A DNA stretch of 37,498 bases from Chloroflexota bacterium (GTDB lineage: Bacteria; Chloroflexota; Dehalococcoidia; SM23-28-2; RBG-16-64-32): contig JADFKX010000003.1 of the NCBI GenBank assembly GCA_022564695.1, positions 1 through 37,498 of the forward strand. Direction: 5' to 3'. Shown piece by piece: positions 36,952 through 37,498 of the stretch; position 1 is the first letter of the stretch, and each line of letters opens with the position of its first letter. The notes under the pieces were generated by a model. That model was not told the origin of the DNA. It did not search any database and saw only the letters and a program-made list of their open reading frames with translations. A program made the translations under genes and the position numbers.

Positions 36952-37431
36952 CTAAGCGGTTGACTGTGCAGGGATGAGGATCGCAAACGCGACGCCGAGC
37001 CCGCCGACGGTCGAGTGGAGGCTGGTCGCCATGTAGCGCACAAACGGCGGCAAAGACTGCGTATCGGGCGGGCTCTCACCGGGCGTAAACACAATCGTTC
37101 TGGCTTCGTGTGCCCGGCCACGGAGCCAGTAGCGAACATTGGGGTTCACGCGAACGTTTTCAATCCATTGGGATCGGTTGCCGCGGACCGTGCCGATTAA
37201 GAGGTAGTCGCCGAATAACGTGGCTAGAATCGGTATGGAATACGGTAGCCCGGTCCGCCGGCCCTTCGTTTCTAACGCGATCAGCCCGGTAAGGCCAAAG
37301 GCAGGGAAACCGCATCCCGCGCGCACTGCCGGTTCAACCAGCAGGTTCAGGGTGCGATAGAATCCGGCCTCCATGGTCGCAAGTCTGGACACGGCAGCAC
37401 CTAGTATTCGGGGGTGCTGGACGGTTGTCAA
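36952..37431 (-). CDS. deazaflavin (F420H2)-dependent nitroreductase family protein
   Basis: LETKGRRTG..Y..P, SQWIENVRVNPNV; start uncertain. Confidence 0.75.
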   Translation of the reverse strand: MTTVQHPRILGAAVSRLATMEAGFYRTLNLLVEPAVRAGCGFPAFGLTGLIALETKGRRTGLPYSIPILATLFGDYLLIGTVRGNRSQWIENVRVNPNVRYWLRGRAHEARTIVFTPGESPPDTQSLPPFVRYMATSLHSTVGGLGVAFAILIPAQSTA

Positions 37432-37498
37432 CTCTGAGCGTGCGACGCTACTTCTCCTTGACGGCGTGGCCGCCGAACTCGTTCCGCAGGGCAGCGAT

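Overview
High-GC bacterial chromosomal window, most likely Chloroflexota (Dehalococcoidia-like). This is inferred from the AtpD and DUF151 sequence style and the F420-type enzymes; no search was run. Left part: pyrF-DUF951-MFS, a DUF151 nuclease, then a complete H+-type F0F1 ATP synthase operon (atpZ/I-B-E-F-H-A-G-D-C) that runs into murA (Cys-to-Asp active site) and mreB, convergent with rex. The atp operon has three interruptions: a DinB-like gene between atpH and atpA, a hypothetical gene between atpD and atpC, and, between atpA and atpG, two tandem ~140-nt units that each combine an atpG-like 5' end with a pair of REP-like hairpins and form closely spaced mini-ORFs. Middle: an AAA ATPase and accessory hydrolases/oxidoreductases, an AT-richer TfoX gene, HD-GYP, a VOC protein, and a three-gene module (YxDP small membrane protein, kinase-like/methyltransferase fusion, sulfatase-fold membrane enzyme). 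Right: thiolase, rpiB, a compact Spt-bCerS-reductase cluster suggesting sphingolipid/ceramide synthesis, and an FTR1 iron permease with DtxR-like boxes, a Rex-like box and an upstream mini-ORF. No rRNA, tRNA, CRISPR array or transposase was seen. All assignments come from motif recognition by eye.
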